Origin: Felis catus
Taxonomy: Eukaryota
DNA: 64,000 bases
Assembly (NCBI RefSeq): GCF_018350175.1
Contig: NC_058368.1
Coordinates: forward strand, 26,786,001-26,850,000
Reading direction: 5' to 3'
The notes under the pieces are model-generated. The model was not told the origin of the DNA and made no database searches. It saw nothing but the letters and a program-made list of their open reading frames with translations. Below, piece after piece: positions 27,270-39,700 of this stretch (within the stretch, counting starts at the first letter, position 1; every line of letters starts with the position of its first letter). A program made the translations under genes and the position numbers.

Positions 27270-28005
27270 AAATAAACAGGCTTTTTAGAGCAGTTTTAGG
27301 TTTAGAGAAAAATTGATCAGAAAGTACTAGAGAGTCCCATACACCTCCTTTCCAAGTCACCCACCCTTCCACCCCGTATGCCCAATATTACTATCTTGCA
27401 TTGGTGTAGTACAATTGATGAAGCAATATTGATACAATATTATTAACTAAAGCCCATAGTTTACATTAGGCTTCATCCTGGTGTACAGTTTTATGGGTTT
27501 TGACATATGCATAATGTCATGTATCCTTCATTACGATATCACAAAGAATAGTTTCCCTACCCTAAAAATGCCCTGTGTGCCACCTGTTCACCTCGTTCCT
27601 CCTCCACTGTCCCCCACCTCGAACTTCTGGCAGCCTCTGATATTTTTACTCTCTCTATAGTTTTGCCTTTTTCAGGATGTCATATAATTGGAATTATATA
27701 GTATATAGCCTTTCAAACTGGCTTCTTTCACTTGCAATATGCACTAAGTTCCTTCCGTGTATTTTCACGACTTGAGAGCACTTTTAAACAAAATGATTGT
27801 TGACAAATATTGTTTGGATATTCCACAATTTGTTTACCCATTCACCTACTCCATGATAACTTGGTTGCTTCCAATTTAGGCACTTATGAATAAGGCTTCT
27901 GTAAACATTTGTGTGCATGTTTTTATGGGGATGTAAGTTTTCAATTCATTTGGGTAAATACCTGGGAGTGCATATCATACGGTAAGATTATGTTCAACTT
28001 TGTCA
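27270..28005 (-). mobile_element. Old L1MC/L1MD-type 3' end
   Basis: tttttagagcagttttaggtttagagaaaaattg, aactaaagcccatagtttacattagg, tcatttgggtaaatacctgggagtg. Confidence 0.85.
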
Positions 28006-28289
28006 TAGATAATTTTTTAACATTCTAAAAATAGAGAAACGAGGCACTTCTTCCGAATAGAACACTGGAAATAAGTCTTTCTTCCATCACTACTTCAGTC
28101 CTACTTGGTAATAGGTCTCATAATAGTTAGTTTTCACATTTCAGCCTCTAAATCTCTTCTCTTGAAGGAACTTCCTAACTCGTCTGTAAAACGAGTCAAA
28201 ATCAAGTAGACCTGGGTGGCGAGGAAGAGAACCCACATGCTATGGAACAAATTCCATGGATAAGATTCCTCTTTTTCTTCAGTTAATGA

Positions 28290-28735
28290 GCTTTGAAATA
28301 AGATAGGTCAAGCTAAACTCCAAGATCTTCTACTACTGATTAGCTCCTCATCACAGTTACTTAACCTCCCATAGTGTCATTTTTCCCACCATAAAATGGT
28401 GATTAATGGCATAATGGCACTAGAGAAAGATTTGATGAAATGGCATATTCAAAGCACATAGAACAGGGGCGCCTGGGTGGTGCAGTTGGTTAAGCGTCCG
28501 ACTTCAGCCAGGTCACGATCTCGCGGTCTGTGAGTTCGAGCCCCGCATCGGGCTCTGGGCTGATGGCTCAGAGCCTGGAGCCTGTTTCCGATTCTGTGTC
28601 TCCCTCTCTCTCTGCCCCTCCCCCATTCATGCTCTGTCTCTCTCTGTCCCAAAAATAAATAAACATTGAAAAAAAAAATTCAAAGCACATAGAACAGAGC
28701 CAGGTATATGAGGAACATTCAACAAAAGTTTATTT
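28290..28735 (+). mobile_element. MIR SINE split by a Can-SINE
   Basis: agttacttaacctccc...cattttcccaccataaaatgg before the SINE and aaagcacatagaacagagccagg...cattcaacaaaagtt after it. Confidence 0.65.
28466..28677 (+). mobile_element. Young felid Can-SINE
   Basis: Perfect 19-bp TSD attcaaagcacatagaaca (28447-28465, 28678-28696). Confidence 0.97.
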
Positions 28736-28759
28736 CCCTCTTTCGATTAGACTACTTGA

Positions 28760-28975
28760 GGTGTGTCTTGGTGGCTCAGTTGGTTAAGCGTCTGGCTTAA
28801 CCTGAGACTTTGGCTCAGGTCATGATCTTGTGGTCTGTGAGTTCGAGTCCCGTGTCGGGCTCTGTGCTGACAGCTCAGAGCTTGGAGCCTGATTCTGTGT
28901 CTCTATCTCTCTCTGTTCCTCCCTTGCTCATGGTCTTTCTCTCTCTCTCAAAAATAAATAAACATTAAAAACAAA
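28760..28975 (+). mobile_element. Felid Can-SINE (older) with a small internal insertion
   Basis: gtggctcagttggttaagcgtct[ggcttaacctga]gactttggctcagg. TSD actacttga/actccttga. Confidence 0.92.
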
Positions 28976-30904
28976 ACTCCTTGAATACCACACTATACTT
29001 TCCTTCTCTACCTCACTGGGGCAATAACAATAGGACTTCCTCTCAGGAGACCAGGAAATCTCCACTGATAAGAATTCCCAGTGAATTCTTAAAAAGTCTT
29101 GAAAAGATTTCTAAAAATGAGCGACATTCTGTTCGAGTCATTAGTCATAGGATGGTAATAGACCTTGGCATCTCTCTTGATAGCTTTATTCCTTAATGTT
29201 CTTTAATGTATTACTCTCCCTGGAGTATTTGCATTTTAAATTAGGATTTCAGAAGACAATATGAAGAAATTAGTGCCCAGCTGAATTCTAATCAATCTTG
29301 TGGTTGACTCCCCTTAACCTGCCCCAGGAAATACCAGTCTTTTTGTAACACAGACTAACTGTCCACAGAATTCAACTCAGACTCTTCAAACAACAATGGA
29401 ATGTGGGATCATTGTTCCTACAAAGATTACAAAGTTAAAATGAAAGGAACACAGGGTTGAGATTGCTCGGAGCCTTATGAAAATGAGACTGTTATTTTCT
29501 ATGGATGTGAGTGTAAAAATCACTTTTTTTGGAAATGTATCTATCTTTAGATGTGTTAGTCCTACCTACCACAGGGAGTATCCAATCAAAGTTAAGTGAC
29601 TTCACAGAGATCAAAAGTGCTTAAGTTTGTTGATCACATCTGGGATATGTCAGACTTAGTGCTAGCTCTGTGCTTTTAGTATCATAACAAATGATATAGC
29701 CCTTTTTTCTTCCTAGATGATTGCCAGGGGATTAACAAGAAACTATTTAAATGCACCAATATTATGGCTTTCTGCCAGTCATAGATCCCAATATTCTTTC
29801 CCCACGATAATTTACCCTTCCAATTCTCAGGGTTATATTTACATCATGGAACCAATATTTCCCTTTCTCAAAAGAGGGCAGGACTCATGTCTTATTTGCC
29901 TGTGTACTTGGTAGTGTGAACCCCTGGTGTACATGATGTTGACTATCTATAGGCAAATGCCATAGCCTTATGGTAAAATAGGAAATTAAAGATGCAAATT
30001 CTCTCTTTACAATGTGATTTGATTACCAACCTGGTAGTTAATAATTTGCATTTTGCAATTTACAGGAACTGTGTGGTAAAAATAATCATAGCAGACCCTG
30101 ACATTCTTAATATATATGTCCTGAGACATTTACAAATTCCCCAAATCACAGATACCATTTATAGTGTAGAATTTTTCCTGTAAAATTCAGTCAAGTATCA
30201 CTAAAAACTTTTAATTGATCCCTTAAGACTTTTATAATTCTATAAATAGAAGACTAGACTCATTTATAAAGCTAACTGTATGAATTCTGTCTGGAAAATT
30301 TATTGAAATAGTTTGTGAATTGCCTTTCCTTATTTCCTCATGGAGCACATGGTAAAAATATTCATAGCATGGATCCAAGCTACTGCCAATGTAGCTTCCC
30401 CATAATTTATCCCAAATATCTATTTCTCATACGGTGTAAGTATCGTCTATTTCTTAGGTTTTTTTAACTTTCTCTTCACTTCCATGTCAACACTGTTCAC
30501 TAGTTGGTTTTGTTTTCTGTTTTCTTTTTCCCCGTTTGTTCCTTTGTTTAGCAGGGGCAATTCCATAAAATAGAGACTTTCTTGCTTCACTGAAGGTGTG
30601 TGCACAGGAAGATGAGCCAAGAACCATAAAGGCAAGCTGAGATGAGGATGTCTGGCATTGGATAGGCTCCACCAGAAGAAAGTGACTCACTCCTGTCAAC
30701 TAGTCTCCTCTCAGTGTGCAGGATTCAAATGTGTACCTCTGCAAAATTGGAACGATTACATTATGTAGACCAGTGGAGTTACTTAGCAATAGTCAAAGCT
30801 GCACATGTTAATTCTCTGAATGCCAAAGGTCTTATAATGATTTGTTTAAATTCTAATATAATTTGTGGGTATACAGCTGTTTTTTTTGGGGGGGGAGGTG
30901 GGAG

Positions 30905-31120
30905 ACTAAATTAGTGAGTTCTATTGTGAGTAAGGAACTAGGTTACTTGCCTTAAGCTCAAGAGACATGACATCATTTAATTCTCCCCGAAACTTTATGA
31001 GGTAGGTATACTATTCCTGTTTTTACAAGAAACTAGAGCTCTGAGAGAATTTAAACTTGCCCAATATTCTACAAGTAATAATTGGCTGGGAAATAATTCA
31101 AAACTGGGTCTGTCTGACCC
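30905..31120 (-). mobile_element. MIR SINE
   Basis: catttaattctcccc...tatgaggtaggtatactattcctgtttttacaagaaactagagctctgagag...aacttgccc. Confidence 0.7.
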
Positions 31121-32089
31121 AACGGTGTTATTTTTACTGGAACCTTGCTGTTCAAAACACCCACACCATGAGTGTCACTCGGGAGGTTGCTGAAAATGCA
31201 GAACTCTGAGAAATAGGAACCAGTTTACAGATAAATACAGATTGAGGTCTGCCAAATCTCATAGATGCTTAGGAAAGAGTGGAAAACTAAGAGGCTGAGG
31301 CACCCAGGGACTGAAAAGGTTAACAGAGTAGAATTCACTACTTAATGAAGTAATCTAATCTTTGAATCTGTTTCTTTTCTCCAGGAACTTTGTACCCATC
31401 CTTAGGTGTTTTGTTTCAGGGGCAAATTAATGCTCAGAGACTGGGTTTGTCCTCACCGGCAATTTATTTAACACAGGTTCACTGAGGGAGTTCCATGAGC
31501 CAATAGCATACAGGATAATATGCCTTAATAAGCCAATAAGGAAATAACATGCTCCAAGCCAATGATGGATTAATCACAATATTGTTTCAGGCAAGGGAAG
31601 ATGAAAGGAATAAAGACCAAGTTTAGTTGAGGTGTACCCTTCACAGGAGAGCTGATGTCTAGCTGCCAGCACAAAAGTCCCGTTTCTAAAGCACGTTGCT
31701 ATGGAATGTGGGCCTTGGGGGTTGGTGTTGTGCAGCAAGATCTCTGAGGGCCACTCCATGGTTGTCACCATTGCAACGAAGAGTCGTCTTTACTGGCAGG
31801 AGTTAATGAACACCTCTCAGATCGTCCTCACAAACCCTCAGTATTTATAGTCCAAATTTCCCCTTGCTGTAGTTGCTTCTTCATGGTTTTACCGATAAGC
31901 CCCCTGGAGCACCCCCCAGCTGCTGAGCCACCCACTGACTGCTTATCACCAACAACAGATGGGATGATGACACTCTGGCACAATGGACTTCACTTTTACA
32001 GCAAAACAACTTTACTCTTAATTCTTCATTTTTGTCATTAACAAGTGGATTTGCAATTATATCAAACCAATATACAACCTTGGGTTACT

Positions 32090-32740
32090 TTCAGTTCCCT
32101 CTTCCAAACATACTCCTCTACTAGTCTTTTCTGGTAGTGACCTAGCCCCAGTTGCTCAGGCCAGTCCTAAGGGTAATCTTTATTCTCTTTTCGTTGTCCT
32201 GCATACAATCCATCACAACTTCTTTTGGATTCAAAATATATACTAAATATATACTAAATATATACTAAAAGTCAACCATACTTCACTGTCACTACATCCT
32301 CCAAAATACCCCATCTCTTTCCTGGGTAAGTATCAGTCTCATGATTCACTATTCTGTCTTATTCTACTCTTCACCTCCTATAAGTCATTCACTACACAGA
32401 AGTCAAAGTGACATTTTTAAATTACTTCTAATAATTCCTCATCGAATGCAGAATACAATTCAAATTCCATGACCCAGCCACTCTTTCTACCAGCCCCTTT
32501 CTCATTAACCATGCTTGCATTAACACTGGCCTTCCTTCTTTTTCTGGAACATGTCAAACTCATTCTCACCTCAAGGTCTTCATGGTCCCCATCTGGAATG
32601 CTACTCCTTTGATTCTTTCTGTGTCTTTTCTCACATTCACACATCAGCTCAAATATCAGCTGGGTGGAGGAGCCTTATCTGGCCATCTTAATTAGAGCAC
32701 CCCCTCCTAATACTGAAATTTATCCCATTACACATAGCAC
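32090..32740 (+). mobile_element. L2, left part (interrupted by ERVL)
   Basis: cccagttgctcaggcc, ttcactacacagaagtcaaagtgacattttta, cacctcaaggtctt...catctggaatgct, catcagctcaaatatc. Confidence 0.8.
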
Positions 32741-34937
32741 AGTTGTAGGTTGGGGTCCCCAGGAACCAGAGACTGGGGAGTGGTTTTGCTTGTAGGAAGC
32801 TTATTAGAGGTTCTTTTGACCAACATCCAAAGTAGGGAAGGAAAATAAGAGACTTGGACAAAGGGAAAAGTTGGGCTACAAGTCCAGTGTCAGCAAAGGT
32901 CTCAACCAACCCCACAGGGAGCTCTGGGAGCTCTGAAGCTTGAATAGCCCTTTAGAGATAGATCAAGTTTCAGCAAGAGGGGACATTTTTCTATCCCCAC
33001 ATCAACCAGTTACTGGCTGCCAGGAGCACCAAGGAGACACACGGCTCTCCTCAGTTGAGACAGTTCCCAGAGAAAGCTGAAAAAGTGTAATATTTCAAAG
33101 AGCTTAGGAAGTATTTTTGTTTTTGTTTTTCTTGTACTAAATGAGGATCTGGGTAGCACCTCACAGAATTCACTAGTCTCCCTCTAAATCCACTGTTTCA
33201 TATACAATCTGGAAATAGCTTTCTTAGGATGCTGGTGTATCTCTTATTCAGGTAAAACTTATAGAGGTTTAGTAGAATAAAATACAGCCCTAGCTACTGC
33301 AGTCTATCTTAGGTTCACACATGAAACTCATTGTCTTATTTAGTATCCATTACTATATAAAATATGTTACTATATTTTCTCCAGTATCACCTGGCACCTC
33401 CACCATGTCTTACCTGGTGGCATGACAAGTCCTTTATCCCTGAGGGGTATGAACTCCCAGTAACTATGTTTTTCTCTGACTGTGGCTTCTGAAATTACCT
33501 AATACTGTCAAAATTGGGCAAAGGACTACCAAGAGGTCCCTAAATAAATCGCCTGGGTGCCAATATATTCTTTCCTACCTCCTCTGTATAACAGTCATCC
33601 AATCTCCTGATACCAAAAGTCACCCCCTTCCCTGAATGTTGGTCCTTTGGCACAAGGAACCCCAAATGCCCAGCAACCAGCTATAGCATATACTTTAATA
33701 GTACTCATCCTGTGTATTGTGATAAAGGCATTCCCTCTTTAAAAATCAGAACTACTAAAGCTATAGAACCCGGAGATGCAAGGAGACAGAGGAAGACAAA
33801 TTCCCCAAGCAGGTAACGGGACGTGAATGGTAAGCAGGTCACTCCTGCTTCCAACCCTTAATTCCTGGACCCATGTATTCTACTGACTAGGAATGGAGCA
33901 CCATATGAAATTCATTTCAAAGTACACACTACCCCCCACCTCATCATAAAGTATAATCTCAAAGCTGTTGCCTCCGCTGTACCTTGAATGCACCATTCCA
34001 CTGCTCTGCCAAGCCAGTAGCCTCTGGTGGTCCGGGATGTGATAGGACCAGTGGATCTTATAGTCACGTATCCACACCTGCATCCCCTTTTCTTTCAAGT
34101 GTGTCTCTAAATCTGATGCAGTGTATAAAGTATCCCATACCGATGAATTAAATATTCTGTAGGCCTTCAAATAGTAGTGGTGGCTGAAGCTCCATGGGAA
34201 GGAGAGGCAAACCCAAACCCAGAATATATTTCTATCGCCGTCAAAAATGACACACTGTCCCTTCCAGGCCAGAAGAAGTCTAATGTGGTGAACTTGCTAC
34301 CAAGTGGTTGGCTGGTATCTTGAAGGGTTGGTGCTTTACTGGGGACTCATCATTGGTTTTTCCTGCTGGCTGGTTAGACCTCCACTAGGCCAATGCATAG
34401 CATTCATTTCTGCTACCGGTGAGTCTTTATTCCTAGCTAGACAGTAGCTGACGCAGACCCCAAATTCTAATTTAGTGTCTATTTCCTTGGTCCCATGATG
34501 GTATGAACTATTGCAGGTCAGGGCTCTCAAGAAGCAGACTGAGGCAGAGATTAGTGAGCAGGGAGTTTATCAGAAAGTGCTGTTGGGTTCTTGCCTATGG
34601 AAGGGAAGGAAATAGGATAGGGCAGAGGAAGAAGTTGGGACATGATGCATTAACAAAAGACGCAGCTGACCCTACAGAAAGCTGGTGTCGATCTTTAGAG
34701 CTGCTCTGAGGTAACATGAGGGTGTCCATGCATCATACCTCTATGTTGATGAGTTATTGGATATGGACTACCCCAGAAAAGGAACATAACCTTGAGTAAG
34801 GTAACTCTCTTTAGGTAAGGTAATTCTCAAAGGGGGCTGAGAAATGAGGGCTGTCTGCTGTCAGCAGTCCCAATGGGACTGTCAAAGAACATTAGACCTA
34901 AAGGGTATCTGGAAAGTTCACCACAGAATTCGCTATA
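32741..34937 (-). mobile_element. ERVL provirus remnant: two LTR16-like LTRs (32741-33175, 34509-34937) and an internally deleted core with integrase remnant
   Basis: Two diverged direct repeats share start (tgtaggttggggtccccaggaaccagagact / tgcaggtcagggctctcaagaagcagact) and end (cacagaattcacta / cacagaattcgcta). Flanks agcac/agcat form a 5-bp TSD. ORF 33880-34170 contains ASDLETH...IHWSYHIP, like ERVL integrase. Confidence 0.85.
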
Positions 34938-35101
34938 AGCATGTGTCATCATCTGAAATTATTGCTTTTTAAAAATAGTCTCTCATTTATTAAACATCTC
35001 CCTCAATTAAAACTAAATACCATGAAGACAGATACCTTACCTATCTGGCATGTAGTAGGTAGGTTCTCAACAAATAGTTGCTGGATTTTGAATGAATGAA
35101 T
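34938..35101 (+). mobile_element. L2, right part (3' end)
   Basis: ccatgaagacag...tggcatgtagtagg...ctcaacaaatagttg...gaatgaatgaa. Confidence 0.75.
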
Positions 35102-35352
35102 TTAAGACTGAGTATAACACCTGTCAAAATAACCAAAGATAATCTATACAGTGTTATTTGAGGGATAAATTTTGCTGTTAGACTGGGAGTTCTTTTCTGT
35201 GGTTTTTTTGTTTGTTTTTTCTTTTTCTTTTCTTTTTTTCTTTCTTTTCTTGTAACTCAAAGACAGAATATAAAGGTCTAGAGAAGTCACAACCAGACAC
35301 TTCAAGGTCTTTCTTTCTTTGTATGTCATCTGGAGAATAACAGATATTTGGG

Positions 35353-35430
35353 GAAAGAAAGAAAGAAAGAGAAAGAAAGAAAGAAAGAGAAGAAGGGAGG
35401 GAAGGAAGGAAGGAAAGAAGGAAGGAAGGA
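35353..35430. repeat. (GAAA)n/(GGAA)n purine tract
   Basis: Seen directly. Confidence 0.9.
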
Positions 35431-37236
35431 CGGACTTCCATTGATATACACTCCATTTACTCCAATCTCAAATTATAATTTAAAGAAAACAAAAGGACAG
35501 ATTATATTCTTTAAACTTATTTATAATGTGAATTTACCAAATAGATGAAAAACTAGATGCTAACTTATTGCCCAAGCCAAGTGGAACTAAGGTTAGATGT
35601 TACATATAGTTACCTAAAGAAAAACACATATGAATATTCTTAATATTTTATGTGTAGAACTATCTACATATCTATGTATACTGACATTAATAGATCTATA
35701 AGGATATATCAGAGGTCAACTGATTTCCAGATAGTGAAGTTTTTAAGATCCTATTGAAAATAATACTCTTCAGAGCCATAATTTTTTACTCAATTGGTAG
35801 GACTAGTCTATCCTTTTCAAATGGATTGAGATGTGTGGAAAATACAAGGAAGCAAAATCTGTGTAAACGGCAAATGCCAAAATCAAACTGAAAACTCAAG
35901 GCATGCCAAATTCTAAAAGCGCATCATACGTGTGTGCAAGCAAGCTAAATTGGTCAGCTAGGCTCTATGAAATACCTCTCAGCTCAGTTGTAAGGTCCAG
36001 GATAGGATTTTCTCATCTACCCTGTCCTTCCTTCTTTGGTTTCTGCATGAACCTACATATAAATACATTCTTTATCTGGACGGGTGTGTCTTCCTTCTGG
36101 CGTGGGTCTAGTTACTGGTTTTGGAGAGGAAGTGAGTATTGAAATTGGCTATGGAAATCTTGGTTTACATTGCCTTTGAGCCGCAGTCCTGTTTGCTTAG
36201 GGAGAGGAGCTGGCTGCACAGAGGAGGCACCTTCCTCTGTTGCTGAATTTCAATGAACAGACTCAATCAACAAAGTCAGGACACTATAAGCCCCGACAGG
36301 CTCTGGGCCTCCTCTGGGATGAGGCCAGGCTGGGGATTTAAGCCTGACACAGAACTTGTTACATTTAATATTAAAGAAACATGAAGCAATGGCACGCCCC
36401 CAGGGGGGCTCTTTCTCCTTGACACTGAGAAGTGGAAGTCTTAGCCAGGGGGCGTTCTCTTTCCTGCCTTGTTGTCTAAGGCTACTCAGAAATAAAACAC
36501 ATCTTTTGAAGAGAGGTATGGAAACAATGTATAATAGTTGCTAGCAACACATTTTACCAACATAATTAGCAAACTAATGCCACAGGTCATAAAAGGGGAG
36601 CGTGTGAATTTAGAATTTCATTTTGTCCGTAGCTTTCCCTTCCTTAAAACTTGAAAGCCAGTACATTCAGCTGCCAGAATAAATCATCTCCACATTTTGG
36701 AGGCTTAACTTCGTGGCAGTCACCAGGCAAGTGAGATTCAAGAGTTTGCCACAGATACTGGTGTGCCTGCTTTCCCACTTGTGCATTGCTGGGGTCATGT
36801 TTAGCAGTGCTAACTCCTTTAGTGTTGTTCTTCCCAGGGTGTCTCTGATTTCTCTTGATTTATTTCACTGAAAAAAAAAAATCATGTTTTTAATCTGTCT
36901 GCTTCTCTGAGCCAACTGAGAAAACAAGGAGCTCAGAATGGGCCCCATTTCTTGTGAATTATTGAAACACACTGTCAGCAACTCTAAATCCTGCTGACGG
37001 ATAATAGCCTCAGAAGCAGAGGAGACAGCCCAGTCTGTGGAGCCTGGTGGAAAAAAAGAAAAAAAAAATCATGTCTTGAATGGAAAACTGAAGAAACTCC
37101 TATGTTGATTTAGAAGGTGGATTTGGGGGAGATATTCATAACCCAAATCAAAATTAACCAAGAAATCCTTTTTTAAATGGTTGGGTAAAGTTTCATACTA
37201 TTTCTGTTTTTTCTTGTTCTTTCCTTAACATCTTAC

Positions 37237-37326
37237 CTGGTTGGGATCAGAGTCAATTAAAGTGATTTAAATAATGCTTCAGAGGAAAATCTTGTGGGCC
37301 CTTAATGCAGATACCTCTTACACCTT
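37237..37326 (-). other. Candidate 90-nt non-coding internal exon
   Basis: Minus-strand acceptor tatttttttcacctttttctag|AAG and donor CAG|gtaaga. Stop codons in all three frames. Lies in unique sequence. Confidence 0.5.
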
Positions 37327-37769
37327 CTAGAAAAAGGTGAAAAAAATAGTGTATAAAAAAATAAGCTTGTTATTTGCACAACCAGATGGAACTAAAATAA
37401 AGGATACTGAGTGTTTTCATGGAGTTCATGTAAGTCTCATGCTCCCTGTCTTCAGTTCCAATTCATCATCTATACATCCAACAAGCATTTGCTGGGGCCT
37501 CTCAGGAACTTCCTCTCTGTTCTTTTTGAAGCAATTACTCTTTGGAAGGTACTTAGAACTTTCTGGTCAGCAAAAGGATAAGAGAAAAATGTGTTTAATA
37601 TGGTGCTAATATTTTTCTGTTGTATTAACTTAGGAGTTTATTTTCATCCATCCTACATTGTTAAATACCAGGGAGTAGCTAAATATTAATCAAGTATTTT
37701 GCTTCAAGAAACTTCATGAGCTCCACAGACTGATTCAGAATGGACTCGTGGCCCAAAGGGAAGCAGACT

Positions 37770-37936
37770 GTCAGGTATCAGGTCCAGTGCTGCTAGGCCT
37801 TGGGTGGGAGAGGCCCTTCCCCTCTCTGAGCCTCAGTGACCTGCATTTGTGTGACCCTAAGAGTGAATGCCTCCTTAAGGCTGACACCCTAGGCAGCTCA
37901 CTCACCCCACCCCCCTTGACCCTAGACGAGGCCCTG
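37770..37936. mobile_element. MER91-like hAT-Tip100 remnant
   Basis: agagtgaatgcctccttaa...caccctaggcagctcactcacc...ccctagacgaggccctg resembles the MER91 terminus. Confidence 0.5.
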
Positions 37937-39286
37937 CTTCAGTGATACTACTTGGATGAGCTTTGTGACTCCAGGGACATCCTGGGTAGAAAGAGCCTGT
38001 CTTTATTCTATCTCCTCACAATGAAAGACTGGGAGAATCTAAACAGCTCACCTTGATTCCAAGATTCATCACATCCCCAAAGCCCAACCCTAGTAGATGC
38101 TTTCCAAGGGAGCTGCCCCAAGTTGAGGGTAAGGAAACGCTACCAACAGTGGCCATGAGAACAGCTTCTGAATGCTGATCTCATGACGTTCCTCTCAAGA
38201 TTGATTTCTCTTTTGGCTCCTTCTTGTGCTTTGGGCCTGGGCTTTGCTAAGTGTGACTTTTGGTCTGCTTCCTTTTGGGCTTCTGCCTCCTAGCTTCTAC
38301 CTTGTCTCCGTGGCAGACCTTCTGGCTCTGACCATCAGCCATGTCCTTGACCATCAGCATGTCCTTAAGGTCTCCTGTTCTCTTTTCCCCACAGACCTAG
38401 GCTGCGGTACTAAGGCCGTTTCAGAATTCATGGCTTGGTTCTGACAGCATGTCCTGGAAAGGAGAAAAGGGACCAGAAAGCCTGGTCTTCTAATGTTCTT
38501 TCCCTACCCTGAAAAACAGACTAAAAACTGTATTTTGCCTTTCTGGACTACATAGGTGCGTTATAAAGATTAATATCCGTGAAGCCTGTGTGGGTTAATG
38601 TGAAAAGCAGCCATGTAGAAGATTGCCAAGCTATTGCCTTGGCAACATCTCCACATTAGGAAGAAACCTTTAACGCAAGCTGTAATTATAAATGAAGGAG
38701 ACTGTTTTTGTTTTTATCAACTATACCAAACTCTGTATTTCCAGGTGCCTCTTGTCTCCTTCAAATTAGCCATTGTGCAAAACTGTCACTTATTTCACCG
38801 ATTTAAGCAATTAATCCCTGCTCAAAAAATTGTTTGGAATGACCTTTTTGTATTTCCTTTAGGACTCGTGGCACATTTTTTCCCAAATATCCTTAATGGT
38901 AAAAAGCCTTTGTTCTATTAGGGTGGCCCTGAAAATGCCAAATGGGGGTGGAAAGTTAGCCATTAATCTAGGAAATATTAGAATAAGAGAGAGAAAGAGA
39001 GAGATGGAGAGAGAAAATAGATTAATTCCACCATAACTATATATAGAGAGAGACCTGATTCTAAAGTAATAAGGTGGATGTGTGCGTATGCACTCATGGA
39101 CATGGGAGGTGGGGGGCGAGAGCACACGGGAAAGGGAGAAACAGAGAATATCTTAGGTATTCCAGTTTGTTGGTAGAGTAGTGACTTTATGTTTCACTGA
39201 ACAAAGAAATCAAATCTAGTAGACCATGCATGCTACAACTTTCACCCTGTCAGGAAAATTCCTCAGCTTCAGTTTTGATTGGAAGT

Positions 39287-39311
39287 ACGCGCGCACATAC
39301 CCACACGCACA

Positions 39312-39379
<68 letters not shown>

Positions 39380-39400
39380 TATATATATATACACACTATA

Positions 39401-39434
<34 letters not shown>

Positions 39435-39441
39435 TTTTTTT
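39287..39441. repeat. Compound (CG)/(CA)/(TA)n microsatellite plus T25
   Basis: Seen directly. Confidence 0.95.
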
Positions 39442-39490
39442 AAACAGGCAATGCCATCACCGAGAAGGCAGATGCTCCCATGGGACATAC

Positions 39491-39700
39491 CATGGGAACA
39501 ACTTTCCTCCACCCAAGATTCATACAGCCTTGTCATCATCTTCCGTCTCTGCTGCTGCAGAACACCAGGCAACAGGACTGGATGTGCAAAATTGTGAATG
39601 CTTTCAGTTGGATTTTTGAAGAAAATGTTACTTTGCAAACTGTCAATTTGCCTCTAAAATGCAAGCTCTTCCCCTCCCCAACCACTGCCCTCCCCTTTTT
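39491..39700 (-). other. Candidate first/5'UTR exon (5' boundary unknown)
   Basis: Minus-strand donor ATG|gtatgt at 39491/39490 in repeat-free sequence. A weaker tandem CAG acceptor near 39555 would instead make it a ~60-nt internal exon. Confidence 0.4.

Noticed and set aside
31400..31990. Possible ancient LTR-like or conserved block
   Set aside because: Could not define termini, TSD or family with enough confidence.
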